Source: Octopus sinensis (Eukaryota). Taken from it: DNA of 64,000 nt. The stretch covers positions 103,974,001 through 104,038,000 of the forward strand of contig NC_042999.1 in NCBI RefSeq assembly GCF_006345805.1. The letters are read 5' to 3'. This document shows positions 1 through 11,783 of the stretch, piece by piece. The number at the start of each line of letters is the position of its first letter. The first letter of the stretch is position 1. Made by a program: the position numbers and the translations under genes. The notes beneath the pieces are model-generated. The model saw only the letters and a list, made by a program, of their open reading frames with translations, was not told the origin of the DNA and made no database searches.

Positions 1-300
1 AAAAAAAAAGACTTCTGAGTGGATTTGGTAGCCAGAAACTAAAGAAGTCCAGCATACACACACACACACACACACATACACACACACAGGGTTTACTCGC
101 AAACAAGAACATTGTTAACAGTGACTGGCTTAGCTGATGATGGCTCAGCTGGCCAAAACTTCAAAGTTACTGTCAACAATAGTCTTGTTTAAGAATAAGC
201 TTGTACTCCAGATTAATGTATTCCCCAATTTAATGTAAAATTGTTTTTTTTTTAATTATAACTAATCATAAAAAATGTTAACATATATGTGTTAACATAT

Positions 301-680
301 AGGCGCAGGAGTGGATGTGTGGTAAGTAGCTTGCTAACCAACCACATGGTTCCGGGTTCAGTCCCACTGCGTGGCATCTTGGGCAAGTGTCTTCTGCTAT
401 AGCCCTGGGCTGACCAATGCCTTGTGAGTGGATTTGGTAGACGGAAATTGAAAGAAGCCTGTCGTATATATGTATATATGTATGTGTGTATATGTGTTTG
501 TGTTTGTCCCCCTGGTGTGTTTACGTCCCCGTCACTTAGTGGTTCAGCAAAAGAGACCGATAGAATAAGTACTGGGCTTACAAAGAATAAGTCCTGGGGT
601 CGATTTGCTCGACTAAAAGGCGGTGCTCCAGCATGGCTGCAGTCAAATGACTGAAACAAGTAAAAGAGAGAAAGAGAAAG
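301..680 (+). mobile_element. tRNA-derived SINE family A (head GGCGCAGGAGTGGCTGTGTGGTAAG, internal (AT)/(GT) microsatellite, tail GAAACAAGTAAAAGAG), near full length
   Basis: A-box-like TGGxTGTGTGG and B-box GGTTCAGTCC; more than 10 homologous copies elsewhere in this window. Confidence 0.85.
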
Positions 681-1137
681 AGAGTGTGTATGCCTGTGTG
701 TGTGTGTGTGTGTGCATTGGAAACCAATGTGGGTTGGTGACAGAAAGGGCATCCAACCATAGAAAATCTTCCTCAGTAAATTCTATGCAACCCCTGCAAG
801 CCAGGAAAAAATGGATGTTGTTGTTGTTGATGATGATGATGATGGTCATGCTGGTCCTGGTGTTGTGTGCTGTGTGTTTTACATCTGTTTTTCCATGCAA
901 GCATAAATAATTTGAATTCAAAACCTAATTAGTGTAAGATACTTATTAGAATACATTATTAATTAGTAAAATTTGTTTCAAGTTAATAAGTAACCAAACA
1001 AGTTTTGGTATGGTCACAATGACTTTGTTGTAAAGGTTTGAGGCAAAAATCTTATATAAAAACAATAAAAAAACCAAAACAGAAGGTAACAATAAGGCCT
1101 ACACCGGAAAAACCAAGTGCAAATTTGGACAACTCAC

Positions 1138-1172
1138 ACAAACTCATATAATACACAATGCTTTAGATATTG
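1138..1172 (-). CDS. candidate 35-nt exon of an unidentified minus-strand gene (QYLKHCVLYEF)
   Basis: acceptor ttgactttcctttcctacactag, donor GT|gtgagt; open in the frame carried from the upstream candidate exons. Confidence 0.42.
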
Positions 1173-1367
1173 CTAGTGTAGGAAAGGAAAGTCAATGTCA
1201 AGGCCATTCAATTGTTTGCTTCCGCCACCACTTCTACTAATAAAGAGCAAAAGTATCCAAAAAAAAAAAATCTCAAAATAACAATTTGTATCATGGTCAT
1301 CTATTAATAAGCACATCTTAATTAGACTATAGCTATAAAATATAGACCAATCTCTCTCTCATATATA

Positions 1368-1398
<31 letters not shown>

Positions 1399-1607
1399 TT
1401 ATATATATAAAATACTTAAATACTTATATAAGTAATTAAAAACTTACAAACCAATAAAATAGCCTAGTGGTGATTACATAATAAAAACATACACATAAAT
1501 ACAATAACTACACTATAAAGATTGACCAGCTTTTTTCTTCCCTTTTTGTACAACCAAAGGCATAATATACATATTGTGGTCATTAAATAAAAACAAATCA
1601 TTCATAG

Positions 1608-1650
<43 letters not shown>

Positions 1651-1884
1651 AGGGGGGAGTGACAAAATAATAGAATATAATAGTGGGAGAAGAGGAGGTA
1701 AAAAAATAAGAGAAAGAGAGAAAAACGAAAGAGTAAAACGATCATATAGAGTGCACATCAGAATTATTAAGATAAAACTTACTTGGAAGATGCATGGCAT
1801 TCAATCATATAATAATATATTTAACAAATATATGCATATATACATATGTATATATACATACTCACATCTATACGTATATACATC

Positions 1885-2585
1885 TATGCATATGTGGGCA
1901 GAGGACGCCATGAAACATGTACAACAAAAAGAATACGAAGTACGAGCACATGGAATATGAACTATTTTTTCAAACAACGAAAGACATAAATGGAAAACAA
2001 GACAAATGACAAAGAACGACCCTTTATCAGTTGTTGGCTGTTTCTCTACTCTCCTCTCCCTCACTCCTCCTCCCTTGCTCATGTGGTTCCCACGTATCCA
2101 TCGGCCATCTTTCTTTCTTCTAACTTGTCTTTCTTTCTTTCCGTTGTGGCTGGAACAAGGAGGACGTATTCTTGTCTGTCTCCTGTCCAAGCTTGATTTA
2201 CGTGTTTACCACCACAACGCCATTTAGGCTTAGCAGCCCTTCCTGTTTGTTTCCACTGTCCTGTTTGTGTTAACAATTTTGGCCCTCCACAAAATCTCAA
2301 ATTTTATTTAATTTGCTTTGCAGGAGCAACTGTTCTATCGAAAGCGTATATTGTTGTTAAATGCTCAAAATGGGAGAGAACAGAAATAGCCAATAACTCA
2401 TGAAGGGTCATTCTTTATGTTGTTTGTCTTGTTTTCCATTTGTGCCTTTCATTGTTAAAAAAAATAGTTCATATTCCATGTACTCGTACTTCGTATTTTT
2501 GTTTTTTTTTTTGTTGTACATGTTTCATATTTTGTATTTTTTTTTTGTTGTACGCTTCATGGCATCCTGTGCCCACATATGCATA
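1885..2585. repeat. imperfect inverted repeat (arms about 1885-2054 and 2372-2585) next to the Penelope/HHR remnant
   Basis: tatgcatatgtgggca...gaatacgaagtacgagcacatggaatatgaactatttttt is mirrored by aaaatagttcatattccatgtactcgtacttcgtatt...gcccacatatgcata. Confidence 0.8.
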
Positions 2586-2702
2586 TATATATATATATAT
2601 ATATATAATTTTAATCCAAAAGGGAAACAAAAAAACAACAACAACAGGAACAATTACAGTATTATTATTAAAAGGCGCTCAGGAGATGGAAGCAGGGAGG
2701 TA

Positions 2703-2735
2703 TGACGTTTCGAGCGGAGCTCTTCGTCGGAAACA
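2703..2735 (-). ncRNA. minimal type-I hammerhead ribozyme motif of Penelope pLTR type, slightly decayed
   Basis: minus strand gtttCCGACGAA-GAGC-tcc-GCTC-GAAACGTC-atac: core C(U>C)GANGA, 4-bp stem II, GAAA, palindromic ACGT stem III, GUC cleavage triplet; stem I has a mismatch. Confidence 0.65.
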
Positions 2736-2907
2736 TAAAGAAGGAAGAGAGAGGAAAGAAAGATCCCAGAGCGGGCAACAGGGAAAGAGAAAAAAGACGA
2801 CTGGTGTTTACGAGTTGCACATGGTGAAAGGCGGATGTTGACGATAACAAGAGCAAAGTGGGTTTTTAAAGGCTAAAGAGTGGAGACAAGGTTGGTAACC
2901 CAACAGA

Positions 2908-3624
2908 TGTGTGTGTATGTGTGAGTGTGTGCGTGTGCGTGTGTGTATGTGTGTGTGTGAGGCGAGATGAAAAAACAAAAAAATATGTGTGTGTTAGTGT
3001 GTGCGTCTGTGTGTAGGCGTGTGAGGTAGGGCGAGACTAGTGGTCAGCTAGCAGACGAGGTCAGTAGTAAGAAAAAGAAGGAAGGAGGAAGGGAGGTCAG
3101 TAGTAAGAAAAAGAAGGAAGGAGGAAGGGAGGGAGGGGAAGGGGTGGGGGCGTATGTAGCGTGCCAGCGCGTGTGTTGGGTAGTAGTGTGTGTGTGTGTC
3201 CAGTGTCGTGGTGGTATTAATGGCGAGTAGATTGAATGTGTGTAAGAGTGATGTATATATATAGGCAAGGTGTGTATATGTGTGCGCGTGTGTGTAACGA
3301 AAAAGGGGGGGGTTAAGGAAAAGGACTCCAGCTGAGGGGAAGATGGAAGAGTGGTACCGCGGAGACAGGCATGGAAAACCCAACGACACGCGACGGTCCC
3401 AGGAACGGGCGGGAGGTCTCGTCAGGTCCAAGGGCGAGGTGTATGCGGCGCGTATGCAGCGCGAGCCGGCGCAAGTGCGTATGTGCGCGTGCCTGCGAGT
3501 ATGCGCGTAAGTATGTGTGTGTGTGGGGATGTGTGAGTGGTCTGTGTGTATGTCTGGGTGGCAGTGTGTCCGATGAATGTATGTGAGTATGTGTGTATGT
3601 ATGTGTGTGCATAGATGTATGTCC

Positions 3625-3657
<33 letters not shown>

Positions 3658-5647
3658 TGAGTGTGTATGTATGTACGTGTGGGTGTGGGGAAGTGTGTGT
3701 ATGTGCATGTGTGTGCGCGTACATACAGGTGTGTGAGTGAGTGTGTGTGTGTGTATGTATGTGTGAGTGTGTATGTATGTGTGTGTCGGATGCATGTATG
3801 TGTATGGGTGTATGTATGCGTGTGTGTATGTATGTATGTGTACGTGCGTGTGTGTGTGTGTGTATGCGTGTAGGTGTGCGCGTGTGCATGCATGCATGCA
3901 TGTGCGTATGTGTGTGTGTGTGCATGTGTGTGGGTATATATGTATGTGCGTATATGTGTGTGTATGTGCATACATGTGTGTGTGTGTATGCATGTGTGTG
4001 TATGTAGGTGTGTAGGCGTGTGTGTATAGGTGTATGTATGTAAGTATGTGTGGGTGTGTCCGTGTATGTGTGTATGTATGTGTGTGTATGTAGGTGTGTG
4101 GGCGTTGTGTTGTGTATAGGTGTTGTGTATGTAGGTGTGTGTGTGTATGTCTGGGTGTGTGTCCGTGCATGTTTGTGTGTGTGTGTGTATGCATGTGTAT
4201 GTGGGTGTGTGTGTACGTGTGTAATGTATGTGTGTATGCGTGTGTATGCGTGCGTGTGTGTATGTAGGTGCGTGTTGTGTGTGTGGGAGTGTAGGTGTGT
4301 GTGTGCGTGTGCGTGTTTATGTTGGTGTGTGCGTATGTGAGTGTGAGTGTATGGGTGTTTGTCATGCATGTGTGTGCGCGTGCAGGTGAGTGTTGTGTGT
4401 AAGTATGTGTGTGGTGAGTGTGTAAGTGTGTATGTCTTTGTGTATGTATGTGCGTATAGGAGTATGTGGGTATGTGTGTATGTATGTATATGGGTGTATG
4501 TATGTATGTGTGTGTGTGTGCATGTGTATAAGTATATGTGTGTGTGCGTATGTGTGTATATGTGTATGTGTGTGTGTTTATGTATGTGTGTATGTATGTG
4601 TGTAGGCGTGTGGTGTGTAGATGTATGTATGTATGGGTGTGTGTCCGTGTGTGTTTGTGTGTGGTGTAGGTAGATGTGTGTGTCTGAGTGAGGGTATGGC
4701 TGTGTAGGTGTGTGTGTGTATGAATGTAAGTGTGTGTGTATACAAGTGTAATGTATGTATGTAGGTGTGTGTGTGTGTGTGTATGTGTACGTGTGCGTGT
4801 GTATGTGTGTGTGTGTATGCGTGCGAGTGTGAGTGTATGGGTGTATGTCTGTGTGTGTGTATGTCTGAAGTAGGTATGTATGTGTATGTATGTATGTGTG
4901 TGTGTGCAGGTATGTGTGTGTATGTGTGTGTGTGAGTAGGTGTGCGTGTATGTATGTGGGTAGGGATGCATGCGAGTGTGTGGGTATGTATGCATACATA
5001 CGTACGCGCACATCCGAAGCAAGCCCACACGCACAAAGCGCGCTCACGCACACAACGCACAAGCAGTACAACGCAAGCCCAAGGGGCCGACCAAGCCCCC
5101 AGCGCGCGCCAAGGCCCTCGAACGCCCCGCTACGCGGGAACCGAGGATCCATCAGCCAAAACCGGAAAGCAGAAAAGAGGGGGGGGCTGCCTGGATGCAA
5201 AAAGGTGTATGTGTGTGTGCATTCAGTGTAAGGGTGTGCATGTGTGGGCATGTATGTATGTATGTGCCTACATGTATGTTTGCATGTGTGTGTGTGAAGT
5301 ATGTACGTGCGGTGTGTGTGTGTGTGAGTGTGTGTGTATGTATGTGCGTATGTATGTGTGTGTGTATGTGTGATGTATGTCTGTGTGGTGTGTGTGTGTG
5401 TAAGTATGTATATGTGTGCGTATGTATGTATGTGTGTGTGTATGTGCATGTTGGTTGTATGTTAGTGTGTGCTAGTATGTCTGTAAGTGTGTGTGATTAA
5501 ATGTGTGAATGTATGTACGTAGATGGGTCTACGTATGTGTGTGTGTGAACAGGCGTGTGGGAGGTAGGTGGTTGGGTGTGTGTGGGAGGTAGGTGGGTGG
5601 GTGTGTGCGTGTGGGAGGCAGGTAGGTGGGTGGGTGTGGGTGGTGTG
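2908..5647. repeat. about 2.7 kb cryptic (TG)/(TATG)-rich satellite with embedded GC-rich blocks; probably the 3' region of the Penelope element
   Basis: long alternating purine-pyrimidine tract; explains the HT/TH/CV pseudo-ORFs in the track. Confidence 0.9.
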
Positions 5648-5678
5648 CCCAAAAAAAAAAAAAAAAAAAAAACACATC

Positions 5679-6405
5679 TCAAGAGGAGGGGGCTGTGTTA
5701 AGTCCGTGTGGGGTGGTAGTTTGTAGGGTGAAGATGTAGCGTTGCTCCAAGTGGAGCCTGGAAAGTGGGCGACCTTGGGGCGGGGGCGAGACCAAACACT
5801 GAGATGTCATCTAGGGAATGGCCGGCCGAGCGGAAGTGGCGTGCGACGGGAGAAAGAGAGTGTAGGCGAACGTCCCTTAAGTGCTCAGTGAAACGGTCGG
5901 ACAACCAGCGTCCCGTCTGTCCTACATACAGCATCCCGCATAGGTTGCATTTAATGCAGTAAATAAGGCCAGACGAGGTGCACGTAAAAGAGTGCCTAAT
6001 GCGTACAGTGTGCAGGTTGGAGCCGGTGACAGCGGTGGTGTTGGTGATGAAGGGGCAAGTGTTGCAGCGGGATCTAGAGCAAGGGAATGATCCGTGTGGG
6101 GCTGAGGGGGAAGGAGAGAGGGTGCTGTGGACCAGGAGGTCACGCAGATTGCGGGCTCGTTTGAAAGAGGACAGGGGTAGGTTGGGGAAAATGGGGCGGG
6201 TGGTGGGATCAAGCTGGAGGCGACGGAAGGCACGTAGTATCTTGCGACGAAGGGGTAGGGTAGAGGGGTGGAAAAGGAGGGGGAAGGGGGTGCGGTTGGG
6301 GGGTGGGCGGGGGGAAGGAGACAGGGCGGTAGTGCGGTCGATGCGACGGGCGCGGGTGAGGGCATCAGAGAGGAGTATGGGTGGGTAACCTCGGAGTCTG
6401 AACAT
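5679..6405 (-). pseudogene. 5'-truncated Penelope-like retroelement ORF: RT-EN linker, Cys-rich CxxxxCxxC motif and GIY-YIG endonuclease, with one frameshift near 5760
   Basis: FRLRGYP...FKRARNLRDLLV...PCSRSRCNTC...FTCTSSGLIYCIKCNLCGMLYVGQTGRWLSDRFTEH...VARHF; after a frameshift RLHLEQRYIFTLQTTTPHGLN...stop at 5679-5681. These are hallmark PLE motifs. Confidence 0.92.
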
Positions 6406-6538
6406 GCGGGCCAGATATATAAAACCTGTTCACCTAATGACAAATGCTTAAGCAAAGAAACTATCAATGAAGAAAGCTACCATCCGAAGTATGTAGCATG
6501 AATATAAGTCACACTTTGTGTATGAGAAACAGGCTCAC

Positions 6539-6557
6539 CACAACAGTGTTCAGATAT
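6539..6557 (-). CDS. candidate 19-nt micro-exon (YLNTVV)
   Basis: caatttctatag|ATATCTGAACACTGTTGTG|gtgagc. Confidence 0.4.
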
Positions 6558-6770
6558 CTATAGAAATTGAATTAAAATACCAATGTGTTAGCCCTTTTGA
6601 TATCTATTCATAAAGCAATACAATGTCAACAATGCATTGTGGAAAAATACGTCACAACCAAGTAAACTAATGCTTAAAAGAATGGAAATATCCAAATGCC
6701 ATCATTATAATACCAATATAAAATCTAGTTAATTTTCTAGGGGACAAATAATTGAGAGTACCTCAGTTGA

Positions 6771-7170
6771 TTCAGTCATTAGACTGTGACCATGCTGAGA
6801 TACCACCTTGAAGAATTTTTAGTTCAATGAATCAACCCAAGTACTTTTTTTAAAGCCTAGTGCTTACTCTATCGGTCTCTTATTTCTGATTTCTTTACTG
6901 CCCACAAGGAGCTACACACAGAGGGGATAAACAAGGACAGTCTCGGTCGCTTTTGCTAAGTTACAAGGACTTAAACACACCAACACCGATTGTCAAGCAG
7001 AGGTGGGAGACACATAAAGACACACAGACACACACACATAATATATATATAATATCATGTACCAAATCCACTCACAGGGCTTTGGTTGGCCCAAGGCTAC
7101 AGCAGAAGACACTTGCCCAAGGTACCATGCAGTAGGAGTGAACCTGAAAGTATGTGGTTGGGAAGCAACT
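6771..7170 (-). mobile_element. SINE family A, old diverged copy
   Basis: homology to 301-680 in reverse orientation, with CpG decay. Confidence 0.75.
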
Positions 7171-7332
7171 TCATGCCTTGTGGCTTCAAAGACATGTGAA
7201 GTAAGATATACTTAATTTGAAAAATGAATAAAGATTAGTGACAGGAAGAGCATTTGGCTGTAAAATGCAATGGCCCAGTAAATAATATATTCATCTAACC
7301 CTCAGTAGCATGCAAAAGCATTCAAAACAAAG

Positions 7333-7466
<134 letters not shown>

Positions 7467-7650
7467 AGGGAGTATAACTCCAAACTTACAGGGAAAAATT
7501 CAATTTAGTATTTAAATCAAATTTCACAATATAAATATATAAAATATAAATTAGAGATAATATGTTTTATAAAAATATATTTTATTTGTAATTTATGTTT
7601 TGGTTTATGTCTATCATTGTTTGAATTGCATAATAGTGGCTTTATCTCAT
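7467..7650. mobile_element. internally deleted copy of the (TA)n-associated palindromic element family seen at 51748-52070
   Basis: shares ccaaacttacaggg(g)aaaa, aaattagaga and cattgtttga.ttgc.taatagtgg motifs. Confidence 0.6.
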
Positions 7651-8179
7651 CATCATTTAATGTCCATTATCCATGCTGGCATGGGTTGAATGGTTTAACT
7701 GGAGCTAGTAAGCCAGAGAGCTGCATCAGGCACCAGTCTGTTTTGGCTTAGTCTCTACAGCTGGATGCTCTTCCTAGTGCCAGCCACTCAACAGAGTGTA
7801 CTGGTGTCTTTTATGTGTCACTGCCACAGGTGCATTTTACATTTCATATTGCTTCTCTCACCATTTATACACCTCTTACTATCTATCACCTTCTCACCCC
7901 TATCCTCTTCTGAGACAGTACACAGTCTAGTATAGTCTAAACAAGCCTTCAGGTCAGAAGACAAAGATTTTTACATAGGGAGAAGGAAGCATGATTTTCA
8001 CTCTGTTCATAAAAATAGTCACCACACATTCACTTTTGGTTAGCTTTTTAGTGCTCCATATTATTGAATATGTCAACCTTAACTTTACACATCACAAAAT
8101 ATATCCTTTGGATTCCTGCCAAATTAAGGAAACCATAAACCCAAACAATTTCATTTTTTAATTAAAAAAAAATGTTTAC

Positions 8180-8204
8180 CCGATAATTTTCAAAACTTGA
8201 CATT
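8180..8204 (-). CDS. candidate 25-nt micro-exon (CQVLKII)
   Basis: ccttgtgtttaatttag|AATGTCAAGTTTTGAAAATTATCGG|gtaaac. Confidence 0.4.
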
Positions 8205-9501
8205 CTAAATTAAACACAAGGAAAGTTTGATCCAATTTTACAGTAATCCAGTCTATTAGAACAGTAAGATGGTAAAAATTATTTAAAAAAAAGCATTGTA
8301 TGTAATTTCTTTCTTTAAAATAAAAATGAGCTTATCATCCCTATTTTTTCTCTCTTTTCCACACATATACACTTCTCTCTCTCTCTCTCTCTCTAAAAAA
8401 AACTAAAAGATGAACTGATTTTTATTCAGTTGATGTTGAAGAATAACCTTATTTCCCTTCTATAAATTTAGTCTGAAGCCTTACAAATAAATGAAATGGG
8501 AATTTATTTTTAGTGTATATGTTTTTGCCTTTTACCAAAAATTCTTAAGGCATTATATGAAACCATAGTAATCAGAACTCAAAACTAGGGTGTGGTCTCA
8601 CTTTACAGAGAACTTAGCATTAATCTAACTTATAAGGCTATAGATAAACTATTTTGAATTTACAATTCCAAGAGCCAAAACTTAAGTTATAATCTTAATT
8701 TTTACTTATTTTCTTTCCTTCATACTAAAATAACACTGAGGGTTGTTATAGAATTGAACAAAGAATACATGTTTATAAGTTTTCTAACGGCAGCTGTAAA
8801 CACAAATGGCATATATGAAAAGCAAAAAAAAACTATATATTATAAGTGCAGACATAGCTGTGTGGGTAAAACACTTAGCTTACAACCAAATAGTTCTGGT
8901 TTCAATCCTACTATATGTCATATAGGCAAAAATCTTCTACTGTAGCCTTGGGATAACCAAAGCCTTGTGACTGAAATGTAGAGTATGGAACTTGACTGAA
9001 GCACATTAGAGAGAGGAGGAGAGAGTGTGTATGTGTGTGTGTGCACGTGCACTGATATGCATGTGTATGCGCACATCTGAGGGTGCATTTGTACAAGTTA
9101 GTTTACATTATTTTATATTGTGTCATATTCTGTTCCTCAAATTTATTATATTACTTGTGAAATGCGAGTATAGATTATGTGAGTGAGGATACAAGATCCA
9201 TTCTGACATTGTTTAACGCTTTTGTTACCATATTTCAAATGAAACAAACACACTGCCACTGTTTCATTAACTTGGAAAATAATGAAGAACTTAGTCAAAT
9301 GACTGCTATTAAGTTAATGAAGGTTTTAATTTAAATCATTTTAACACAAGTTTGTATCATAGAACTGAGGGTGGTTTCAAAAGGGTTAACAGTCTGCCAT
9401 GTTTATTCAAGCCCTATTAGTAGGACACAGACACAGGTCTCTTTTCATTATTCCTTACACAAATCTTCCTCAATTCTATTACCTATACTATGAGTTGTTA
9501 C

Positions 9502-9528
9502 CAAGGTAACGAAGTGTTATAGCCTGTT
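9502..9528 (-). CDS. candidate 27-nt micro-exon (QAITLRYL)
   Basis: gctaattttttttag|AACAGGCTATAACACTTCGTTACCTTG|gtaaca. Confidence 0.4.
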
Positions 9529-11390
9529 CTAAAAAAAATTAGCTTATGTGAGAAAAGATATAATTAGCCAAGCTTTTATGACCCTCAGATGTCTTTAATT
9601 CTTAGTAAATGGGGCCACATGAATGGCAGCGTGTGAATTAATCTGCTAAAACTTGCTTAATCTAATCCCTAAATAAATAATCAGTAGGAAGAAGGAGCCC
9701 TCCTAAGGAATAAAAGACATGTAATTTGTGTGTATGTACACACATACACATCATTATTACCATCGTCGTCATTTTAATGTCTACTTTTTCATGTTTCCAT
9801 GAGTCAAATGTGATTCACTGAAGCAGTTTTCTTTGGTAGGATGCTCTTCATAATGCCAACTCATATTTACCTGTTTCCAAGCAAGGTAGTGTGTGTGTGT
9901 GTGTGTGTGCACGCGCGTGTGTGCACAATAGCACATGTAGTTCTGCCATCACGCACGAATTGTATACAAATGTCACCATCAAGGCAAACCTTGCTCTTTT
10001 GTTTGCAACCTCCAAGGAAAACATCATTGAAATGATTTTTCCGTGGGCATTAACCCCTTTTCCATCACTCTCTCCCAGTCCAATTAATTGTTGACACTTA
10101 TGAACCTCCTCCTTACAACAAATGAAGTCAACCTTCCAAAATTGAGATAAATCAAACCCAACTATTGTGTGTGTGTGTGTGTGTATCACTGTATCAACCA
10201 GATTAACAGATGTTGTTATACACTGCTGATCACAAGGCACTTCCTCATATTGTTGTAGCTTTTGAATGAAGACACCCAACTGGGGCTAGGTGAGCAGTCC
10301 AACATTTCCCCTGAATGCAATGCCAGTCTGTTGCAGGGTTAACCATTTACAGATGAGTGAACTAAAACATGAAATGAAGTATTTTACTCAAGAACACAAT
10401 GCAATGTCAGTCTCGGAATTGATACCACAATCTTGTGATCATGAGTGCAACACCTTAACCATAAGGCTATGCATATATGTAAAAAGATACTGGGGACTTC
10501 ATGAGTTGGAATGCTTAGGATCATAGCTTGATCAGCAACAATTTGTAAATTAGAAGGCTTCAACATGGTAATTAGATCTGTAAGATATACCAATCAAAAC
10601 TCTCAAATCAGGCCCTACCATCTTGGAAGAGGAGAGGACACAGACAGAGTAATCTCACATAGTGTTAAAAAGAAGAGATAGTTATGGATAGAATGCCTTT
10701 GATCAAATGTTTGCTGAGAACTAAACAACAATCTGTTAGAAACAGTAATTAAATAACCATCAAATAACATCTAATAGTCTTCAAAGAAGGACAGATCACA
10801 GGTCTGAAATTAGAAATGATACTTCTTTTCCTTTTTTTTTGCTCTAGCTAACAAGGGGGCTTCTACATGGTTGTTTGATATGATAGAAATAGAAGCCAAA
10901 TCTCCCAAAAACCACAAACTACACTGCCACATCTTAAAGATCCACCAAAGCCAACATTATCACAGGCCACAGAGGAAGTCTCAAGGTGGTTGATAGGTCT
11001 GTTAGAAATAGCAGCTAAACTGCACACGAATTGAACATAAGTATCTTTTAAAAAAATAAATTAACTAATGTAATCCAGAGGGCACACTATGTCAAAAACA
11101 AATGTAATGGTCATATTTGGAATATCTCAGATAATAGGTTTACTTGATCAAAGTACTTATAACTAACAACAACACCAATAGTTTTACTTTTTAGCATTTA
11201 AACTGGCCATATCTGGCTCAAATATTCTACATATTCTATGTTCAAACTGGTCAGAACTGACCTCTCACACCTATCCTACAATGTCATTTAAAAAATAACC
11301 AATCACATAATCAAAATCCCAGAGCTACAAGATAATGTACATTTAAGTAATCTGAATGCTAAAGGGATATGTCACCATAACGAGGTAGTA

Positions 11391-11783
11391 GTTGTTTAGC
11401 TTTGACTAAAGGAACCTATGATCAAAGGTTTTCCAACCATGACCATCACAACTTTTTCTTACATGCTGGAAACTCAGGATTACATTACCTAATATGTTCT
11501 TTCCTAAAGATGTGAAAGGGAAGGGGGTAAGATTTGCAGGAGACTTGGCATCTATTTCTAGCAGATTGAACAATCTGGTAGAGGTGGTTGTTGTTTAGCT
11601 TTGACTGAAGGAACCTATGATCAAAGGTTTTCCAACCATGACCATCACATCTTTTTCTTATGTGCTGGAAACTCAGGATTACATCATCGACTATGCTTTT
11701 TCCTAAAGATGTGAAAGGGAAGGTGGTAAACTTTGCAGGAGACTTGGCATCTATATCTAGCAGACTGAACAACCAGGTAGAAG
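11391..11783 (+). repeat. tandem duplication with a 199-bp period inside an old repeat
   Basis: gttgtttagctttgact.aaggaacctatgatcaaagg starts at both 11391 and 11590, with high similarity throughout. Confidence 0.9.

Noticed and set aside
3048-5500. Very long His/Thr- or Cys/Val-rich ORFs (up to 675 aa)
   Set aside because: They are translations of the (TG)/(TATG) satellite, which lacks stop codons on one strand; there is no protein-like complexity.
6431-6465. CTAATGAC...TGC-ttaa-GCA...GAAAC hammerhead-like string next to the PLE truncation point
   Set aside because: Core G5 is mutated, there is no GUH triplet, and no stem I; too degenerate to call.
9848-10279. 143-aa minus-strand ORF with protein-like stretches
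   Set aside because: It runs through two (CA)n tracts, has no convincing splice boundaries and no recognisable domain.
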